Positions 45,552-54,070 of a stretch of 64,000 bases of DNA are shown here, piece by piece. The position numbers and the translations under genes were made by a program. The notes below the pieces were generated by a model, which was not told the DNA's origin, searched no databases, and saw only the letters and a program-made list of their open reading frames with translations. Origin of the DNA: a virus (Duplodnaviria; Caudoviricetes); IMG/VR virus record IMGVR_UViG_3300002307_000018, positions 128,001-192,000 of that record. One strand, 5' to 3'. How positions within the stretch are numbered: the first letter of the stretch is position 1; the number at the start of each line of letters is the position of its first letter.

Positions 45552-45788
45552 TTAGCTTTGAACAAAGTGCATACGAACGGTGAAATGCACATCCTCTTGC
45601 CCTTTGTACTCTTTATTTTTTTGTGCTGCGTGATCTTTGGCGGCTTGCTCAGTAGCGAAAACGCCACGAACCATTTCCGAAACTTGATCAGCATCAACGT
45701 CATCAATGTCTTGACCGTCTAAGGTATACTTCATAGTAACGACAAAAACAGCGGGCATAGTCTCAAGTTTGAGAACGTCTGGATTCAT
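45552..45788 (-). CDS. Hypothetical early protein
   Basis: Behind promoter and conserved leader. Confidence 0.6.
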   Translation of the reverse strand: MNPDVLKLETMPAVFVVTMKYTLDGQDIDDVDADQVSEMVRGVFATEQAAKDHAAQKNKEYKGQEDVHFTVRMHFVQS

Positions 45789-45819
45789 GTTTATTTCCTT
45801 TTCTTCAGTGTATGTGTAT

Positions 45820-45849
45820 ATTGTAGCAGAAAAATAGATTTGTTGTCAA
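45820..45849 (-). promoter_or_regulatory. sigma70-type early promoter
   Basis: TTGACA-18-TACAAT. Confidence 0.7.
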
Positions 45850-45864
45850 CTAAAAGTGTTGTTT

Positions 45865-46089
45865 TTACGCAACAAGTGCGACACGCATTGCTTTAAGATT
45901 GCCATCACTAGCACAAAGTCGCACACTTTTGAGTTCATACATATCTGAAATCTGTACTAAGGATTCAACGTCAATCCACGGCGTAATAACGCCATTAGCA
46001 GCAGGGCTGAGAACAACGTTTTTAATAGTGCCACGCTTGACGCCTGCGGCTGATTCCCAACGCACTTTAGTGCCGATTGATAAATTCAT
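45865..46089 (-). CDS. Hypothetical early protein (SH3-like beta pattern)
   Basis: ATG at 46089 after conserved leader. Confidence 0.55.
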   Translation of the reverse strand: MNLSIGTKVRWESAAGVKRGTIKNVVLSPAANGVITPWIDVESLVQISDMYELKSVRLCASDGNLKAMRVALVA

Positions 46090-46120
46090 GTTTTCTTCCT
46101 TTTCTTCAGTGTATGTGTAT

Positions 46121-46149
46121 ATTTTACACGAAAATGGAATTAAAGTCAA
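46121..46149 (-). promoter_or_regulatory. sigma70-type early promoter
   Basis: TTGACT-17-TAAAAT; palindrome at 46158..46175. Confidence 0.7.
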
Positions 46150-46199
46150 GCTATTTTTGTTGTAAAAATACAACACTTTTTGCTTACTTTTTGAGCAAT

Positions 46200-46658
46200 T
46201 TATAAACGACCGTATCGTATGTTCCAGCCTTGCGAAACGTGTTCGATTGGCCTGTCTAGAAATACTGGCTCAAATGTCATAGGGTCTGGGTCGCCATAGT
46301 ATAGAGGCATTCCGACATTGTACCACAGATCGTACAGAAATATGTGACTTTCGCCCACAGCATCTTCACACAGTAAGATAAAATCGTCAAGTGAATCCAT
46401 ACTCACGGTTATCGCATGAAAATATGATCCACGATATTCTGCTACTGGTCCCGTCATGAATCCAGAAAGATTACAACGTTGATCCAGATAGCGAAGTCCT
46501 GGGATATCTCTGCACCATCCACCCTTATCATTGTCTTGCGATTTTTCTTTATCTTCGATCCATCGATCAAAGTCAATTGTAATGTTTGATGTTTTTCTGT
46601 AGCTCATTGTATGATTATACTCTATCAGTTGATATTGTTCAAGTATTTTGGACAACAA
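46200..46658 (-). CDS. Hypothetical protein (start uncertain)
   Basis: 152-aa ORF. Confidence 0.5.
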   Translation of the reverse strand: MLSKILEQYQLIEYNHTMSYRKTSNITIDFDRWIEDKEKSQDNDKGGWCRDIPGLRYLDQRCNLSGFMTGPVAEYRGSYFHAITVSMDSLDDFILLCEDAVGESHIFLYDLWYNVGMPLYYGDPDPMTFEPVFLDRPIEHVSQGWNIRYGRL

Positions 46659-46678
46659 AAAACCCGCCGAAGCGGGTT
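46657..46678 (-). terminator. UUCG-tetraloop terminator
   Basis: AACCCGC-TTCG-GCGGGTT plus T run on minus strand; identical hairpin at 47291..47308. Confidence 0.8.
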
Positions 46679-46683
46679 GTTGA

Positions 46684-46818
46684 TCAAAGTTCCATTAGTT
46701 CGTAGTCGTTCTTACTAACGCCGCATTCTGGGCAATTGACTTCATCTGGTAAACTAAGCCAATCTTCTTCGGATAAGGTGTGTCCACAGACAACACAAAC
46801 GTAAATGCGTTCGGTCAT
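46684..46818 (-). CDS. Rubredoxin (44 aa, not in ORF track)
   Basis: MTERIYVCVVCGHTLSEEDWLSLPDEVNCPECGVSKNDYELMEL; ATGA-coupled to rubrerythrin. Confidence 0.85.
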   Translation of the reverse strand: MTERIYVCVVCGHTLSEEDWLSLPDEVNCPECGVSKNDYELMEL

Positions 46819-47267
46819 TTTAGTTCTCCTAATACTTTCTGATAGGCCTCGGCGTGACGCTGTTCAACTTTAGCAAGAGCGGCGAATCGCTTTTCTGCTT
46901 TGAGTAGTACTGCCTTAAACTGTTCAGCGTGTTCACGTGATTCCGCAATTTGATTGTTTGCTTCTTCTGCGGCAAGTTCATTGCCTTCGGCTACAGCGAC
47001 TTCACGAAAACTTGGATACATTGTGGTGAACTCGTATGTCTCACCGTCAATGGCTTTTTGTAAACACTCACGTGTGGTTGGCTTACCAACTAACAACTCA
47101 AGATGTCCCCAAGCGTGAAGAATCTCTTGATCTGCGGTATGTTCAAAATGCTTTGCTACATCTTCAAACCCTTCTGCACGTGCCAATTTCGCAAAGTAAC
47201 GATACTTGATATGTGCCATACTTTCGCCAGCTAAGGCCGCTTCTAAATTTTTTAATGTTAGACTCAT
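46815..47267 (-). CDS. rbr: Rubrerythrin (short form)
   Basis: LAGES..KY..FA...E..H...GE.YE...MYP...E..H diiron motifs. Confidence 0.88.
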   Translation of the reverse strand: MSLTLKNLEAALAGESMAHIKYRYFAKLARAEGFEDVAKHFEHTADQEILHAWGHLELLVGKPTTRECLQKAIDGETYEFTTMYPSFREVAVAEGNELAAEEANNQIAESREHAEQFKAVLLKAEKRFAALAKVEQRHAEAYQKVLGELK

Positions 47268-47290
47268 AATTTTCCCTGTGTGTTATGTTA

Positions 47291-47308
47291 AACCCGCCGA
47301 AGCGGGTT
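47291..47308 (-). terminator. UUCG hairpin / terminator
   Basis: AACCCGC-TTCG-GCGGGTT. Confidence 0.6.
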
Positions 47309-47312
47309 TGTT

Positions 47313-47858
47313 TTAGTTAGAGATAACTACTCTGCGATCTGGTGCTAAACAGGCTTTGTATTTCTCAAAGTTTTTCATACCAGTACACAGCTTAGTTCCC
47401 TCTGTTGGTTGTGTTGAACCTACTCCACTAGCTGCAAAGGTCGCTTTGCTCTTAGAGCTAAGATACTGTGCAACAGCGTTGGCACGTGCTTCACTTAATG
47501 TTTGATTGTATGAACTTGCGCCAATACGATCAGCGTGTCCTACAACTTTAACATTACCAATGATTTTTGGGGCCGCCGCATCTAAAGCTGTACGACCCTG
47601 TGGAGTCAGTACTGCTGAATCAAATGCAAACAACACATCACTACTCAATGTAACTGCAACAACCGGTTTCTTGGCTACTGGGTCACATCCTTCTACTGCG
47701 TCGGCTGGTGTATATGAACCTGTGCGTAAACACAAGTCAGTACCAGTCTTTACGATCTTTCCGCTACCATCCACGACATAACCCTGTGTGCCTTGGGCAA
47801 CACACAGAGCAGTCACGAAGGATAACAAGATTGCGGAAACTACTTTCGCTACTTTCAT
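47313..47858 (-). CDS. ompA: OmpA-family peptidoglycan-associated protein
   Basis: Signal peptide; LFAFDSA, GHADRIG..YNQTLSEARA and DRRV motifs. Confidence 0.85.
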   Translation of the reverse strand: MKVAKVVSAILLSFVTALCVAQGTQGYVVDGSGKIVKTGTDLCLRTGSYTPADAVEGCDPVAKKPVVAVTLSSDVLFAFDSAVLTPQGRTALDAAAPKIIGNVKVVGHADRIGASSYNQTLSEARANAVAQYLSSKSKATFAASGVGSTQPTEGTKLCTGMKNFEKYKACLAPDRRVVISN

Positions 47859-47873
47859 TGTTATCCTTTATGA

Positions 47874-49058
47874 TTAGAATGCGTGACGCAAACCAACTGT
47901 GGCTGTATTACCAGACAAGCCGGCAACGTTCTGATAGTTGTTAACGTATGAGTAAATACCATATACGTTAGTGCGCTTAGTAAACGCATACGAATAACCT
48001 AAACCGTATGTGTTTTGTGTAGCACCACCAACATCAGCAACAGTACCTGTTGCAGACTGACCTTGATAGGCAGCCATTACAGTACCGTTCGCACCAACTG
48101 GAGCTGCCACGTTGATGTTCCATGCGTTTGTACCAGCGCCGTCAGCGAATACTACACCGCCGTTAGCCATTGGGTTAACAATTTCGCTTGACACAGTTGA
48201 CATACTGCCACCGTTGATCAAACCACCACGAACTTGGTTGTATGCGACACCAACTTTAGCAACTTTAGCGTCATACGCACCCGCAACAATCCATGATCTC
48301 ACGTTTGTACCGTTTGAGCCTGCAACAGTATTACTTGCTGGAGTAAACTGATCATAAACGGCTGACACGTAGATAGGACCATTTTCATAGCTAACTGCAC
48401 CTGATACGTTACGCATATTGTTACCAGTTTCAAAGGCGCTGCCAGTTGCTGCGTCGGCAGTTGCGGCACCGTTTGCTAACTGACGATTAGTAGTCAAGCC
48501 AGTATTGAATGAGTACTGAGCACCGACTTTAAAGCCTGACATCGAAGGCGACTGATACATCAACATATTGCTCTGACGAACAGCAGTTACGCCCATTACG
48601 CCAGAAATATTGATGATCGGAGCGTTAACACCGAAAGCGTTGTCGATTGGAGCACCGGCAAATTTATATGCCAAGTTCAATTGACGGCCTAAATCAACTT
48701 GGCCCCAAGCATCGTTACGCAAACCAATGATTGATGTACGTTGCCACTGACTGTATGATCCTTGTGAACCATCACCAACGTTGACTTGACCTTCCAAGTT
48801 CCAGACAGCTTGGTTACCTGAGCCGAGGTCTTCAACACCGCGAACGCCAAAGCGTGAGGTTGACTGAGTACCTGACACTACACCAATGCTGCTGGTTGAA
48901 ACGTCAGCTTTAGAGAATGGACCCGATGATAGATTCCAGTTTTGGTAGCGAACGCCACCGTCTAACACGCCGTAAAGTGTGACCGAACTTTGTGCCTGTG
49001 CTGCTGTTGCGCTTGCTGCAAGAATTGCTGCTGCGACTAAAGTTTTATTAAATTGCAA
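47874..49058 (-). CDS. Gram-negative (Burkholderiales-type) trimeric porin
   Basis: Signal peptide, SSVTLYGVLDGG, SRFGVRGVEDLG, C-terminal GLRHAF; TTG start with AAGGAG. Confidence 0.88.
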   Translation of the reverse strand: MQFNKTLVAAAILAASATAAQAQSSVTLYGVLDGGVRYQNWNLSSGPFSKADVSTSSIGVVSGTQSTSRFGVRGVEDLGSGNQAVWNLEGQVNVGDGSQGSYSQWQRTSIIGLRNDAWGQVDLGRQLNLAYKFAGAPIDNAFGVNAPIINISGVMGVTAVRQSNMLMYQSPSMSGFKVGAQYSFNTGLTTNRQLANGAATADAATGSAFETGNNMRNVSGAVSYENGPIYVSAVYDQFTPASNTVAGSNGTNVRSWIVAGAYDAKVAKVGVAYNQVRGGLINGGSMSTVSSEIVNPMANGGVVFADGAGTNAWNINVAAPVGANGTVMAAYQGQSATGTVADVGGATQNTYGLGYSYAFTKRTNVYGIYSYVNNYQNVAGLSGNTATVGLRHAF

Positions 49059-49164
49059 GTTACTTCTCCTTAAGGTTAATCATTATTGATATAATGAATT
49101 ATTGTACATCTTTCTATGACTATTATTTAGTAGTCACAAAAGATGCAAAATAATTTTGTTGACG

Positions 49165-49434
49165 TTACACTGTGATAATAGGAGTCACAGAGATAACATT
49201 GTTGGTGCGAAAGCTACGCCATTCTTTTTTGTCTAGTGCCCATACAGAGATAACTCCTGGTGTTGGTGCCTTAGTCTTGGCGTTCTCCACTACTACTCGT
49301 GGCGGAAGTTCTTCTGCTCGTAGAGTACATGACATCACACGAATTTCTCCATCGACCTTTCTAAAGGTGACTTCACAGTTGTGTTGATGTAGCAGTTCGA
49401 GAATTTCTTCTGCTGATAAGATTTTATTTTCCAT
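49165..49434 (-). CDS. WYL_2-like (SH3-fold) phage protein
   Basis: VTFRKVDG..R.M.CTL...VW......WRSFR. Confidence 0.6.
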   Translation of the reverse strand: MENKILSAEEILELLHQHNCEVTFRKVDGEIRVMSCTLRAEELPPRVVVENAKTKAPTPGVISVWALDKKEWRSFRTNNVISVTPIITV

Positions 49435-49437
49435 AGT

Positions 49438-49554
49438 TTAAAAGTTTAAGTATTTAACTGAGAACCAAATTACAAACGCTATAATGCCAGCAACTCCTAG
49501 TGCCATACCGATTACTGCAACTGTCGCTAAGAGTATGTTGAGCAGTGTTGTCAT
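49438..49554 (-). CDS. Small membrane protein not in ORF track (38 aa)
   Basis: MTTLLNILLATVAVIGMALGVAGIIAFVIWFSVKYLNF; ATGA overlap. Confidence 0.45.
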   Translation of the reverse strand: MTTLLNILLATVAVIGMALGVAGIIAFVIWFSVKYLNF

Positions 49555-49871
49555 TCGTCATCTGTTCCGGTTGATAAGAGACCATTGCTATGTCTTGAAC
49601 GAACATTATCAAGGTCTTGTGTTAAGCGTTTCTCTTGTTGAGTAGGCTCGTCAAAGAACTTTCTTGGGTTACCGCACATTACACAGTTACTATCACCACA
49701 AGTCATTCCACTTACTTTGTGATAACGATGCGGAGATTCGCTCGCTGAGAGTGTAGGCGTACCATAATCTGGCGTCGAATGAGCTTTCCGAATGCTCATC
49801 TGTCGATTGATATGATTTTCTTTCTGTTGCTGCCGTTTGCTATGTTTGAGTTTGTCTTCTTCGGTACTCAT
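49551..49871 (-). CDS. Conserved phage protein with C-x4-C-x2-C motif
   Basis: CGDSNCVMCGNPRK; GAGGTG RBS. Confidence 0.6.
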   Translation of the reverse strand: MSTEEDKLKHSKRQQQKENHINRQMSIRKAHSTPDYGTPTLSASESPHRYHKVSGMTCGDSNCVMCGNPRKFFDEPTQQEKRLTQDLDNVRSRHSNGLLSTGTDDE

Positions 49872-49899
49872 AGTAACACCTCGCTTTTCTAGTCTACTT

Positions 49900-49928
49900 A
49901 TTATACATTGATTACGTTATAACGTCAA
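49900..49928 (-). promoter_or_regulatory. sigma70-type promoter
   Basis: TTGACG-17-TATAAT. Confidence 0.75.
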
Positions 49929-49992
49929 CTATTTTGGTCACATTGAAATGATTCCAAAAGAATAAATACTTACAGAATAAGGAGAGACAATA

Positions 49993-50445
49993 ATGTCCGA
50001 AGAAGTTAAAAGCGAAAGCGAGAAGAAAAAAGAAGATTGGATGAACTCAAAGTGGCGCCCAATGATGGGTTGGATGTACATGTTGGTATGTACTATGGAC
50101 TTTGTGGCATTTCCAGTTCTATGGAGTTTAGTTCAGGCACTACACGGCGGTAATGTAACCACTCAATGGAGCCCAATCACACTACAGGGTGCAGGTCTAT
50201 TTCACATGGCAATGGGTGCTATTCTTGGTATCGCTGCATTTGGACGCACACAAGAAAAACTAGCAGGTGCTAATAACGGAAACGTCATAGCTCCAAGTAA
50301 TTTCAGCGGAGTGTCGGCATCTATGCCTGCACCTATGCCAATGCCAACTAACAACTATGTGCCAGCACCAGCAAGTGCGTCAGGCATTACATACTCGTCA
50401 ACTGGTAAAGCAATGCCAGAACAACCATTGCAGCCAGCACTATAA
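49993..50445 (+). CDS. Holin (GTA 3TM-like)
   Basis: KWRP.MGW.Y motif, TM helices, upstream of endolysin. Confidence 0.65.
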   Translation: MSEEVKSESEKKKEDWMNSKWRPMMGWMYMLVCTMDFVAFPVLWSLVQALHGGNVTTQWSPITLQGAGLFHMAMGAILGIAAFGRTQEKLAGANNGNVIAPSNFSGVSASMPAPMPMPTNNYVPAPASASGITYSSTGKAMPEQPLQPAL

Positions 50446-50454
50446 GGAAAAAAC

Positions 50455-50685
50455 ATGAAAACACTATTAGCAATTGTACTAGCGTCATTCAGCATTATCG
50501 CTTGCGCTCAAGATGCAAAGAAGGAAGAGCCAGCACAAGCACCAAAAACAAAACAAGTTTGTAAAGACGTGCTAGACAAGGATGGTAAGCCTGTTCTAAA
50601 CAAGGATGGTACTACAAAACAAAACTGTCGTACTATTCGTATTCACCAAAAATTCGAGGGCACAGAAATCCCTCCAAAGAAGTAA
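50455..50685 (+). CDS. Small exported protein / possible lipoprotein
   Basis: Signal peptide ending IIAC. Confidence 0.5.
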   Translation: MKTLLAIVLASFSIIACAQDAKKEEPAQAPKTKQVCKDVLDKDGKPVLNKDGTTKQNCRTIRIHQKFEGTEIPPKK

Positions 50686-50697
50686 TAGGAGAACACA

Positions 50698-51555
50698 ATG
50701 TCAGGATTTACATTTAACTTTACTGAACAACAACTGGCTCAAATGATTCCAGGTAACCCTTATGTTACTCAATGGTATCATGCGCTTTGTCAGATTCTTC
50801 CTGAGTACAACATCAATACACCACAACGTGTGGCTGCGTTTGTTGCTCAGTGTGCTCACGAGTCAGGTAACTTCCGCTTACTCAAAGAGAATCTTAACTA
50901 TACAGCAGCCAGTCTCGTGCGTGTATGGCCCTCTAGATTCCCGTCTATGGAAGTGGCAAATCAGTATGCCATGCAACCAGAAAAGATTGCCAACAAAGTC
51001 TACTGTGATCGTATGGGCAATGGCAGTGAAGCATCGGGCGATGGCTGGAAATATGCGGGTAAGGGCTTGATTCAACTTACCGGCAAAGACAACTACACTT
51101 GGTTCGCTGAGTCAATTGAAACTCCGCTTGATCAGATTCCTGAGTATCTGCAAACATTTGAGGGCGCAGTGCAGTCTGCGTGTTGGTTCTGGGAAGTTAA
51201 CAATCTCAATCAATGGTCAGATGCGGGTGATATTCTTACACTGACCAAGCGCATCAACGGTGGCACAATCGGTCTTGAAGATCGTCAGAAGCATTACGCT
51301 CACGCATTACAAGTGCTTGGTGGGCAAGTGTCGGAATCTGTTTCGGTGACTGAAAGTGGACCAGATATGTCTGCTGTGATTCGTCGCGGTAGTCGTGGAG
51401 CAACTGTTGCTGCGGTACAGGCTAAACTAGGACTCACTGCTGACGGAGACTTTGGACCAGGAACTGAACGTGCGCTAATGGGTTGGCAACGTGAACATGG
51501 TCTAGAGCCTGATGGTGTAGCTGGCCCACTAACTCTAGCTAAAATTTTAGGATAA
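50698..51555 (+). CDS. GH19 endolysin with C-terminal peptidoglycan-binding domain
   Basis: AQCAHES, ENLNY, GKGLIQLTG, INGG and ADGDFGPGT/PDGVAGPLT motifs. Confidence 0.9.
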   Translation: MSGFTFNFTEQQLAQMIPGNPYVTQWYHALCQILPEYNINTPQRVAAFVAQCAHESGNFRLLKENLNYTAASLVRVWPSRFPSMEVANQYAMQPEKIANKVYCDRMGNGSEASGDGWKYAGKGLIQLTGKDNYTWFAESIETPLDQIPEYLQTFEGAVQSACWFWEVNNLNQWSDAGDILTLTKRINGGTIGLEDRQKHYAHALQVLGGQVSESVSVTESGPDMSAVIRRGSRGATVAAVQAKLGLTADGDFGPGTERALMGWQREHGLEPDGVAGPLTLAKILG

Positions 51556-51558
51556 ATT

Positions 51559-52005
51559 ATGTGGCAAATTATGTGGCTGTTCTCATTACTACCTGACTTT
51601 GTATATCATATCTTATTGTTCGTGGGTGCATTGGCATTTGCTGCCAGTTATCTACTAACAATGATCCCGTTCTTGATGCAGAATGCCTATGTGATCAGAA
51701 TTGCCAGTTTATCACTGATCATATTTTGTATTTGGATCGAGGGTGGTCTTGCGATAGAGGCCAAATGGAAAGCACGTGTGGCTGAACTTGAAGTCAAGGT
51801 TGCGGCAGCGGAGAAAGCGGCCAGTGATGCCAATGGTAAGATTCAAACCGTGTATGTAGATCGTGTACAAACTGTAAAAGAGATTCAGTATGTGACTGTC
51901 AATAAGATTGCCAAGGATGCCGGTAAGCTTGACAAGAACTGCGTAATTGATCCAGAAGCGATTCAGATACTTAACGGCGCAGCGCACTCAGGAGCAAAGA
52001 AATGA
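51559..52005 (+). CDS. i-spanin (Rz-like)
   Basis: N-terminal TMs plus periplasmic coiled coil, after endolysin. Confidence 0.65.
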   Translation: MWQIMWLFSLLPDFVYHILLFVGALAFAASYLLTMIPFLMQNAYVIRIASLSLIIFCIWIEGGLAIEAKWKARVAELEVKVAAAEKAASDANGKIQTVYVDRVQTVKEIQYVTVNKIAKDAGKLDKNCVIDPEAIQILNGAAHSGAKK

Positions 52006-52262
52006 AAACAGTAATAGCAATTATGATGTCATTGTTGTTAGTAGGTTGTGTTACTCCTGTCAAGCGTGAGTTTCCATCTGTGCCTGAGCAGTTGATGCGT
52101 CCGTGCCCAGAGTTATTAGATGTACCCGCTACAAAGAAGTTAAGCGATGTATTGGTAGTAGTCACTAAGAACTACGGTCAGTACAACGAATGTGGTATCA
52201 AAGTTGACAGTTGGATAGACTGGTACAACAAACAAAAAGAAATATTCGATAGTGTAAAATAA
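52002..52262 (+). CDS. o-spanin (Rz1-like lipoprotein)
   Basis: LLLVGC lipobox, Pro-rich, overlaps i-spanin end. Confidence 0.7.
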   Translation: MKTVIAIMMSLLLVGCVTPVKREFPSVPEQLMRPCPELLDVPATKKLSDVLVVVTKNYGQYNECGIKVDSWIDWYNKQKEIFDSVK

Positions 52263-52280
52263 TAATAAGAAAGGGCTACT

Positions 52281-52562
52281 ATGAATGAAATATTTAAACT
52301 GATCTCTGATCTGGGATTTCCTATTGCTGCGGCAGTTGCAGGCGGATACTTTGTATTCTTGACAATCAAGTTGTTGTTGGCAGGTGTTCTATCGGCTGTT
52401 AAAGGTATGGCTGGTATTATCACTGCTCTTGATAATCGTGTTAAGACAATGAATCATGATGTAGTGCGTATTGATGCGGTAGTATCAAATGCGTTGGGCT
52501 TGAAACCTGACGTTGATCGTATTGCTCGTGCAGACGGCAAAACAGATGCAAGGAGAGACTAA
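52281..52562 (+). CDS. Small membrane protein (GFPI motif)
   Basis: LGFPIAAA; one TM plus coiled coil. Confidence 0.55.
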   Translation: MNEIFKLISDLGFPIAAAVAGGYFVFLTIKLLLAGVLSAVKGMAGIITALDNRVKTMNHDVVRIDAVVSNALGLKPDVDRIARADGKTDARRD

Positions 52563-52873
52563 TGGGTAACATAGCAGAACTAATTTCAAAGTATGGATTC
52601 CCAATCGTGGCTGCGGTTGGTATGGGCATGATGATCAAGTATGTATGGACATGGGCTACCACCGAGATCAAGCCTATTATCAGTGAAGCAAACACAGTGT
52701 TGATTGCACTGATTGATCGCATTCGTATGTTAGACAATGATCTAATCAGACTAAATCAAAAAGTCAATACCGTGTTACACTTACGTGGCAAGACAATTGA
52801 ACATGAGCGTGTAGAGGCTGAAGACAAGATCAACAGCAAGAATGACAGTGCTGCTAGTGGCGGCTCGTCGTAG
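52562..52873 (+). CDS. Small membrane protein (GFPI motif), paralogue of previous
   Basis: YGFPIVAA...LIDRIRMLDNDLIR. Confidence 0.55.
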   Translation: MGNIAELISKYGFPIVAAVGMGMMIKYVWTWATTEIKPIISEANTVLIALIDRIRMLDNDLIRLNQKVNTVLHLRGKTIEHERVEAEDKINSKNDSAASGGSS

Positions 52874-53372
52874 AATAGCGTTTGATAGTAGCAACACTAG
52901 CGGGATCGTTTAACAACAAAACTAATCCATTGTGTAGCGGACTGGGCAGAGTATCTAGTGTACACCATACATAGCCCTGAGTTTCCCAGTCTAGTGTAGG
53001 TTTGAATTCTGTTTGTATCAATGCTAGATAATTGTAATACTTGAAACCGCTTGGATGAGAAAACACATACAGTGGTACTAATTTAAGTTTTCCATGATAC
53101 CCAGATTCTTCCATAGCTTCTCGTTTGACTGCACTTTCAGGTGATTCATTAGAGTCGATTGCTCCACCCCATGTACCCCATGTTCCTGGCTGCTCTACTT
53201 GTGATGATCTGTGAGCGATACATAGTTTCCCTGTATCATGTGCTAAGAACAAACATCCTGCTCCTTGCTTGCCCCAAAAACCAGTTTGCTTTAATGCTTC
53301 TCTGTGTTCAGCGTCATCTTCTGCGAATATATTCCACGCACGACGTTCGTTAAGGATTTCTGTTATCTTCAT
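52854..53372 (-). CDS. NUDIX hydrolase with capsid-targeting-like N-terminus
   Basis: GGAIDSNESPESAVKREAMEESG Nudix box; MKITEILNE. Confidence 0.85.
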   Translation of the reverse strand: MKITEILNERRAWNIFAEDDAEHREALKQTGFWGKQGAGCLFLAHDTGKLCIAHRSSQVEQPGTWGTWGGAIDSNESPESAVKREAMEESGYHGKLKLVPLYVFSHPSGFKYYNYLALIQTEFKPTLDWETQGYVWCTLDTLPSPLHNGLVLLLNDPASVATIKRYSTTSRH

Positions 53373-54055
53373 CTTGTTGCCAGCGCAGTTCTGTCATATA
53401 CAGGATCAGTAAAGACCATTACTGGCCCACGCATCATAATGTTCTCGTCATGTATATCTAATCTATATCCCGACTGATTAACAAACTGATTTAAAATGTC
53501 AAGTGCAGGGACAAAATCAGGATATTTCTGAATGTAAGCATAAAAGCTGTTAGCTGCTGGCTCAGGATCATTGGGTTTTCTTTTAGCAATCAGATGATCA
53601 ACGATTTTACTAGGCGAAAGTTTAGTACGCATTGCGTTGGTAAGTAATGCATTGATTGGCTGCAGTAGTTCATATGCTTCTCTAGTGATACGAGTTAGTT
53701 TTTCCATTCTAACAGCCACAACACCAGGAACAATACGCATTGCTTTAGTACTGATAAAATGTGGCATGTGCGGGTTATCACTGTGTTGACGTGCAGTATT
53801 GATCCAGTCAATATATGCTTTGTCTTGATCAGTAAACACTTTTAACACATAGGGTAAGTTTGGATTGTCCCATACTGTACCAAATGATCCTGACCCTAGT
53901 GCTCTAAATCCATTGTTGTAAAGCAGCTTATGCCAGTCCATACCAAGGGGATACTCAGCAACTCTACGTGGGTCGCGTGGCATGTCCTTGACTACATTCT
54001 TGATGCCAGTCAGTTCTTCTAGGGTTTCTTCGGTTAGTATGTCTGCAATTTTCAT
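53369..54055 (-). CDS. Protein-kinase-like enzyme with capsid-targeting-like N-terminus
   Basis: LGSGSFGTV, VLK, DIHDENIM and TDP motifs; MKIADILTE. Confidence 0.78.
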   Translation of the reverse strand: MKIADILTEETLEELTGIKNVVKDMPRDPRRVAEYPLGMDWHKLLYNNGFRALGSGSFGTVWDNPNLPYVLKVFTDQDKAYIDWINTARQHSDNPHMPHFISTKAMRIVPGVVAVRMEKLTRITREAYELLQPINALLTNAMRTKLSPSKIVDHLIAKRKPNDPEPAANSFYAYIQKYPDFVPALDILNQFVNQSGYRLDIHDENIMMRGPVMVFTDPVYDRTALATR

Positions 54056-54070
54056 CTAGTATTTATCTAA

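Noticed and set aside
47313-49058. Host chromosomal contamination or prophage boundary at the porin/ompA/rubrerythrin block
   Set aside because: The block is flanked by phage-type genes, uses the same terminator and late motifs, and shows no att site or integrase. A chimera cannot be fully excluded without reads.
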